A stretch of 55,668 nt of DNA, counting the filler, from Sphacelaria rigidula (lineage: Eukaryota): assembly GCA_964200075.2 (NCBI GenBank). It is 6 parts of 6 records of this genome, joined end to end, with 100 filler letters (N's around TTAATTAATTAA, not from the genome) between each part and the next. Parts side by side here need not be neighbours in the genome. Positions count along the whole stretch, not along the records: positions 46,475 to 55,668 come from CAXNAA020009076.1; 5 more parts are not named here. One strand, 5' to 3'. Shown here one piece after another: positions 48,216 through 55,668 of the stretch; position 1 is the stretch's first letter; each line of letters starts with the position of its first letter. The position numbers and the translations under genes are program-made. The notes under the pieces are model-generated. The model was not told the DNA's origin, did not search any database, and saw only the letters and a program-made list of their open reading frames with translations.

Positions 48216-51200
48216 GTACTGGCTTGAACCCCAAGGTAGAGCTTCGGTTTTTCTGGTCCGTCCGTCGAGTTATAACATCGTTTGCACCGCGCTACTGCAA
48301 CCCTTGAACTTGAGCCTCCCCCCATTTCATTTTTTTCACGTCCAGCAACAATAGTTTATTGCCCACTTTTTCACCTTGATCCGTTGTCCCTGGACCAACG
48401 AACAATATTTTATACGGTCCCGTCCAACACTGCGACAATTTCCCCGACAGAGCAAACGACTTTTTCCCGGACTCCGACACTGGCACCACCGCATGACCTC
48501 CTCGAGAGAGAGTTCCCCTCTCATCGTAGACAAACACCCAGTCACCCGCCTCCCACTTCGGTCGACGGTTGGCAATTTCGTCCAAGTGGCCATTCGCTAC
48601 CTCGTGTTTAAATTTTGTGATGAAGTCTTCCTGCCGTACAAGCTCGTACGCTTTATTTTATCTGTCCCTCATCAACTGCAAATATTGCAGCTAGTCTGCC
48701 TTCAGACCTTGGTGCCCTTGGGCTCTTCTTCCTTCTAAAATGGTCATCGGCATTCTAGGGTATCGCCCTAGGTGGACCTCATTCGGAGCCAACCCGATAC
48801 CTCTACTTACGTTATTATTTTGCGCCGCCACAGCTTGCGTCAACATCTCATCTCAATTTTTCTGTTTATCCGCCACCAAATAGGACAACATCTGGCATAG
48901 ATTTCCCCAAACTTATGAGCTTCATCAATACCGAGGGTACCCGTGGCACCCGCACTGCCACCATTGGCAGTGGTAATTACATGAACGTTGGCATGCGATG
49001 GTGCAGTCAACAATCTACTTCCTACTTCAGTAAGTGGGCACGCATGCAGAATTAACCCTGCTTCCCACTGAGAACTGATCACTAAATCCGGGAAAAGAAG
49101 CGGGGTGCGATCTTCCACTACCTGGGGTTCTTCTCACGTGCACGCATGTACGGCCGAGACCGACGTTGGGCATACATAAGCCAGATCATCCCCAGGAGTG
49201 TTCGAACGCAGCCCATCCAGACTAGAACTATGCGACTCATGGCTCATCGGGCGAAGCCCATCCAAAATTGAACTAGGAGGTCGAGAAAACATTTTGGGTT
49301 GTACGTCACTAGCGCTGATAAAGTACACATCCACATCATCAGGATTTGTTATGTTTGATTTACCCGAAACGCCATGGTCGGATGGAAATTTTGAAATAGC
49401 TCTTCAAATCGATTCGAAAGGGATCGGCTGTACCATACCCGATGTCCATCTTGTCCTTCGGAAAACGGTGGGAGTATTTGCACAACACGACAGTCAAGTT
49501 GTCGATATCCTCTACCGTCCAGTACTTTCGAGACATCAGCGTTCTCTAACTTACTTTCTTTTCTTTTCTCTTCGAGAGGAGCGCCGGGTGTTCCCAGTAC
49601 CCTACCCGGCTCCACCACCACGTCCTCTGAGCGAAGACTTTTCAAGGGGATCTCCGATTCACCTGCGTCAACAATCATCTCAGTTGGAGACCAACCTTTT
49701 CCAAATCTCACGTGGTAACTACTCCACTTTTATTTTGTCCCATCTTTGTTGGTGAGTCTGACGGGAACCCAGTTCAATTTTTTATACATTATTTGCGCCT
49801 GTGCGCCATTAAATCGTACGATAACCACCTTTCCTGCAGCGGGTTTTCGTTTAATGAGCCCGATCGCGTTATAAACGAGATCTGCATACTGAATGGTTTT
49901 CGGCGCAAGGTTTGGAGTCATAAACGTTTCGTCTCGCTTGACATCAGTGACTTTTCAAAGGGGAAATTGAGATAAACCGTCTCTTCCCATCAAGATGTCA
50001 CAAGTCGTTTTGCCGTCAGGCACGACGTTCGCAAATACCGCAAAGCGGGGTGAATCATTGCGCTGGACACAGCCACCTACCCTGGGTATGTCTTCAAGAA
50101 GAATATTCAGCCAAACCTGCGAGAATGTGGTAAGTGGTACCCCATCAGCATCTCCCCTCGATATAGGGTCTACTCCTCATATACTGATCACCCTGGTTTC
50201 CCCCCTTGAAAGCAAGTTCTTCCAAATGGCACGCGTTACAACCGTGGCCAGGCTACCACCGTCAATGTGAAGAGCAGGCACGTTTTAATGAGGCTTGAGA
50301 ACCTGCATACACGAATGCTGTGGCTGTATAATTCCTACGATGCAAACGCACTTCACCAGCCCCTGCTCTGTCTATTGCGGGCAAATACGCCTCTTCTTTA
50401 CCTCTCGCGACCGAGCAGGATACCGGCGCAGGCGAGAGTACAGGCGTAGACTCGTGTTTTCTTGTGCGGTGACCAGATGTAAGGTCCAAAACATAAGTGT
50501 GATGTTCGCCCTGACCGTACCGCAGTTCATTGAGCGTTGTACAGGGTTTCGGAGGGACAGAGGGTCGACATTTTCATGTGGGCCCTTTCGCGGAGTTCTT
50601 GAGAGGTTGCGGGTAGTGCTAGGTGCATTAACAGTTACTCCAACGTTATTTCCGTACGTACAATCCTCGCTGTTCAGTTCTCTTACTGCCTGTAACGCTC
50701 TGTCGCCTGTATTGTGAGATACATCTCAAGAATACTCGTCAAGTTTCAGTTCGTTTGTGCGGGACTCCGGCCGCACAAACCGGTCTGTTTGGGACTCCGG
50801 CCAAGCAAACGCGTGGGTGATAACAGTCATTTCGTTGAATATCCGGCCCAATGGTCGAATCATTACTTGTTGATTCACAACGTAACATCGTTATCCTACG
50901 ATCCTGGGTAGCTCTTGCATTGATATCATTTACAGAGTGTGAAACCCATTTCATACCGGGCCTATCCTGCGCCCTAGGGACAGTGGTCCTGGTATTACGT
51001 GTATACCGACCCCTCGTCTGCACTTTTAACTTCCCACAACTAGGGTCGTTGCTTGAAACTGAAGAACAAATCAGGAAGCGACCCTTCATTGTATCCTCGT
51101 TCCGGTGACCAGAGGATACTACAGCACCATTCAAAACGTCTTATCTTAGGGCCTCTGCTAAAAGCAGCGAACTACACCCCGACTTATCCAAACACGGTGT

Positions 51201-54200
51201 GGAGTGTTCATTTCCACGAGTGACCGGTGACATCAAGGCTCGTTCAGCACTTACACCACATACACTAGATGAACCGTACCTCACCCCTGAATCAAAATCT
51301 GTCGCGTGCAAAACAGGAATGGTTGCACAACTGCCTGGACTACTGGCACCTTTCAACGTCAAACTATTATTTCTACGTACGGGTTCATGATTTTCGAACC
51401 CATTTTACACAACACTAAAATGTGGCAGAGGGTTTGAAACCCGCCCACCAGGACTCTCACCAACAGGCTTATTTGCCACCGATATGCCAGCCATAGGCAT
51501 ACCGTCGCACCGTCAGCTCCGCTGGATGCGCTCCTGAATATACGCACGCAAGCGTTGCTGCCACCTGCGCCACCGTGTAGCTACCTCGTCCTCCGAACCA
51601 AGCCCGATGGTATGATGAACCAGCCCTGAACTATTAAAAAACGGCTCCGGACCATCACGAGCCAAAGTATGCTCGCTACTACCATAGCTCAAACAATGGG
51701 GACCAAACACTTTACGTTTTGCTCTTCTTTCTTCCTTACTACCCCATGGTTCGTACAATGGCGGGGCATTGTGCGGGCCGAATACACGCTTGTTGCGTTT
51801 TCTTTCACCGAGCGCACACACACAACCATTCTCGTATTCCTCGGGCGCGTCGGCCAAGCGCAGAACAGCCGCGAAATCCTCCACGCGAGGTTTGACCAGC
51901 AGAGCAGGGTCAGTGACATCTGTGACGGAGGGCGCATCATGAAATCGTACAGGGCCCAAATCTTGTCGGTATCCCGGTGGGACGTGCGAAACAACCGAGC
52001 ATCATGCGACCGCAGACCATCAATACTAGCAGTGAATGGGGTATCTCTCGCCACCGACACGGAGGCAACACAGCCTGAACGAGAATTCGATTCTCCGTCT
52101 TCGCAACCAAAATCAGCCGTATATGCGATAGCCGGGCGCTCACCAGCGGCAAAATTTCGGAACGTACTACCAACGTTTGAATCAGTTTCTCCCCTCCCGA
52201 TGGGAGACGAGTCGGCCACGGTCGCAGCCGTCAAGGACTGGACCTGAGACGCAAACCTCACGTGAGGCATACTACCAGCGTCATGACTAGAACCACGCGA
52301 CGGCGAGTTCGGTGAAGCCGAACACGCGCGCCCGGGACCAGAGGCCGAGCGGGCGCTTCTGCGCACGCCCACATTTCCGGGGTCTGAAACACCCCCAACA
52401 AACGTCGGCACAACACCTTCAGGCAGACGTTGTAAAACACCAAGCACCTCGTCATTTGGAAGAGAGCGACTTGGGGCCTGGTCAAGCGGAACAGTCTCAA
52501 CTGCAGCAGCGCTTGGCGATGAGTCAACTGACGCACTAGGCACATCACGGAGCGACGGGACAACGACTGTCGCACTATGAGATGGCACAGAACAATCAGT
52601 CCGCCCCTGGGCAAGGGAGCGGGTCCAGAGAGGAACACTACCGGCAGAGTAGCCAAAACCAGTTACTACACACGCGGAAACAGAAAACTCCGCACCTGAA
52701 GCCGATATCGTAGACCGATCCAGCACGCCACGCAGAGAAGAACGAAACGAACCCAGACCGAAGACGTCGACGCCAACTGTCAGAACCACAACTGGCTTGT
52801 GGTGTTCTCGTAGGTTCATAGGCTGGGGTGTTCAGGGTTCTCGCTTGTGGTGCGGCCTGCTGATCGTGGTCATGAGGTGTCGAGCTGGTGTCCCGAAAAG
52901 ATATCGGCTGGTTGAGATTTTATTATACTGCTTAGATTGTACACTGGTATTTGACTTGCTGCTGGAGTGGCTCTCGGAAGACTGACCCCGATGGGCAAGC
53001 AGCACACGCTCAAATCCCGCGTGAACCCCCGTCTACACTCTCACATCCATGATGTTCATTCTCTTCGCAAATAGCAGAACTCCAGTCCCCCATATTCCTG
53101 CGTTCAACTGCAACTTCCTGTTGTTGGCTGAGCCTACTTGCATCGCACTGCACATCTGAGATATATGACCAAGCCAGCTCTTCTCAAGACCGAGCACGAG
53201 TAATCAAGAGCTGGATGATACAACTATTCTCCAGTTTCCACTAGATCCAAGTCATTCGTTATCTTGCACGTAGACTGAAACACACGCAGGGCGACTGCAT
53301 GCGGGACCCTTGTTTATTCGTGTCTCGTACACCTGCTACAACTCATGCGTTGGTGTATACTTTACCCAATATCGTGATAGTATACCAATAATTGCTCTCC
53401 GTAACGGTAGCTGAAACTCAGGCCGAGTTTGTGATCACGACAGTACTGTACGCACGCACACCCCACCGAGCCCGCGTGAATCGCCCTTGGGAGTACTTTA
53501 AACTGCTCAATTAACCCGAACATCACGGCACCCATCTTCTTCCCTCCTTCGTTGCTACCACAATGTAGTAGCGGCTGGGCTGCCTAAGCTCACTATACTT
53601 CAGCTCGTTCGAACTGACGATATACCGCGAGTTGTGCCAGTAGGCGTCACCAGCGTCGGGCTACAAACGTTCATTGTTGATATTACTTGATTAAAGTGTG
53701 GATAACGAGAACCGGATATTTAGTACGGCTGACAGTCCCGTGTGCCCCTCGTGTGCACAGAAGGCGTTTTCGTCGAAATCGGCGCCACAGGAGCCGATTT
53801 TGGGTCTGCAAAGGCCGCACTTTGCCGAGGGGCTGCTATGTACCGCCCTTGTCCGAGGGTTTTCGGTTTGCGTTGAGTTGGGTTTACGAAGGCTGTTACG
53901 CACATGCTGCTGTCGGATAGCCGCGGTATTAAACTCGGCCCAGGCAGCAGCAGGCAAGCTGTGTATCGCTGTCAGGGGCAGGTAATCGATGAGGACAAAA
54001 ACATATATTGGGTGTATGTTCCGCATCAATGGTTGCAAGCGCGGGCGCACGTTGCTGTGTGCTGTAGTGCTGAACGCCATCAGTGTTCTGTTCCTATTTC
54101 TATATGCGCGGCCGCCAGTACTGTATCCGTTGCTTGAACCAACCATCGATGATGCGACAACCGCCCGTTGGTGACGGAAGAGCCTTGCTTGACCCCGACA

Positions 54201-55668
54201 CCAGCCCCGAGATCGCAACGGGCCGGTACTGTTTCACAACCCGCCGCCTCACAGAAGACCGACGCGCTATGAGTTTGTGAGTCCAGTTATTGTGTCGATG
54301 CGGGGAGAATCGAGAACCATTTCCGGGGAGAAAGGGGCGTGGTCGTTGTGGCGTCCGTGAACGGCAAATTAGCGAGAAAATAGCCGAATGTGTGGGCGCC
54401 ATGGTTAAAGTTGGCGCGTAGACTCCCTTGCGCGCGATGTGCCGCATCAGGTACAGTGTAGAGAGCGATGGTCTAGCACAGGTACGTTCTCGGCCGATCA
54501 GTGGCCCAGATGAGGCACGATTGAAAAATAATTCCTAAATCAGGTCTACCTGGGCAGAATCTGGCCTACAAAAGGTAAGCGGTTTCTGGAGGCGAAATGT
54601 CCGTTTTCACGTGGCCGTATCTCTCGAGTAACATGTTTTTGTCCCGTTTTTTTTCGAGGCCCGGGCGCCAATGCCCCCCCCGAGTGATGTTCGCGAAAAA
54701 TCCGGAGCGAAAACGGTAAAGGTTGCGTGTTCGGCTATTTTCGCGTTTCTGGCCATTTTTCGTACCTTTTGGGCAAAAAACGAGAAGATATGCCTTTTCT
54801 AGGCCATCGCCCCTAAAACATCATCTGTCACTTTTTTTTGTTCACGTGTGAACCCTTTCGTGCTCAAGTGCACACCCTCTTTCACCTTTGCTTGTGAAGT
54901 GGTCACCGTACCGCCACCTCTGCAGAGATACGTCGAACAGTCACGAATCGCACCCTTTTTTTTCGTGAGTTACACCCCCGCCGGAAAGGCCGAAACCCGA
55001 CGGCCAAGAAATTTTTGCCCCCTGCTGCTTGGCCCATAGCCCCGGGAGATCAGACGATGCATCCAGGACGTTTGACCCTTTCGGGACCGACCCCCCACTA
55101 ACACAGGATTGACCCTGTGTTGGTGAAATAGTTAAGAATATGTCTTCGACCGACGTGCCCAATCACGGCGAGGCGAAATTTATCGACCAGACCCGAACGA
55201 CCAGCGCGGGGATTGCCGGCGAGTGTGATGTCACTGGAAAGATCGTGTGGGGACCCTATCCCTGGCCAGTTAAGCCTTCCCAGGTTTTGAAGTGCAGGGC
55301 GGTCGGAACGTGATTATATGGTGTTACTTACACTCAGTACAGGGTTCCCGACTTTTCCGGTGTTTCTTTTTATCACAATTTTATACTAAAACGTAGTAAT
55401 TACACTAACACAGGGTCGACCGGAAAAACCGGGAAGGAGTGTTCATGCTACAATGTGGCCATTTTCACGAGGCACTAAACCCAGGTGTGGGCGGTGGAAA
55501 GACAAAAGGAGCTACCGTCATGAATTCTGCTCATCCCTCTGCCGATGACTTGCAGTGTGCAGTCAACATGTATGTAGTGGGCGGGGATGAAGAAGCGGTG
55601 TGTAGGGAATGAGTGTCGGTCGCGGTGGTTGGCGTAGCATGTAAAAGGGAGGAAGCAGCGGGGGGTAA

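Larger units (their letters stand above)
46509..53485 (-). mobile_element. Degenerate, internally deleted Ty3/Gypsy (chromodomain-bearing) LTR retrotransposon
   Basis: Minus-strand order: gag-like region with decayed knuckle CLSYGSSEHTLARD (~51660-51710); retropepsin LHIDGGSLATVV...GDADGVPLTT (~50130-50275); integrase 3' end LCQMLSYLVADKQKN*DEML...AQNNNVSRGIGLAPNEVHLGRYPRMP (~48745-48900); GPY motif GDWVFV...KLSQCWTGPYKIL; chromodomain. No RT or RNase H seen. Ends approximate. Confidence 0.8.

Noticed and set aside
51689..52819. 376-aa ORF as a host gene
   Set aside because: Ser/Ala/Val-rich, intronless, frameshifts into the zinc-knuckle frame. Best read as decayed gag-region sequence.
53691..54218. 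175-aa minus-strand ORF with a few Cys
   Set aside because: No recognisable motif or consistent splice pattern. Cannot be supported without a search.

Overview
Eukaryotic, intron-rich, repeat-dense DNA of roughly 50% GC. It most resembles a brown-algal (Phaeophyceae, Ectocarpus-like) genome: short exons in kb-scale introns, an EsV-1-7-type Cys/His exon and tRNA-derived SINEs. The window is a scaffold of contigs joined by five artificial 100-nt spacers (N-run/TTAATTAATTAA/N-run), so nothing can be assumed across them. Host genes reconstructed by eye from splice sites and phase: (1) the 3' eight exons of a SEC63/ERdj2-type gene (minus strand, 27519->18945, including a GC-AG intron); (2) five or six exons of a Trp/Arg-repeat, Sfi1-like protein (minus, ~34178->28723); (3) the first exon of an EsV-1-7-repeat protein (plus, 39058-39279). 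Mobile DNA: a decayed DIRS/Ngaro-type tyrosine-recombinase retrotransposon (1-~4900) interrupted by a 2.5-kb hAT-like element whose arms are arrays of CAATATATTG palindromes; an internally deleted Ty3/Gypsy chromodomain element with an extra C-terminal domain (~46.5-53.5 kb); and many nested MITEs, SINEs and foldbacks with readable TIRs and TSDs. Most ORFs in the six-frame track are spurious. I do not see a convincing novel multi-gene system. The best leads are structural oddities of the transposons.
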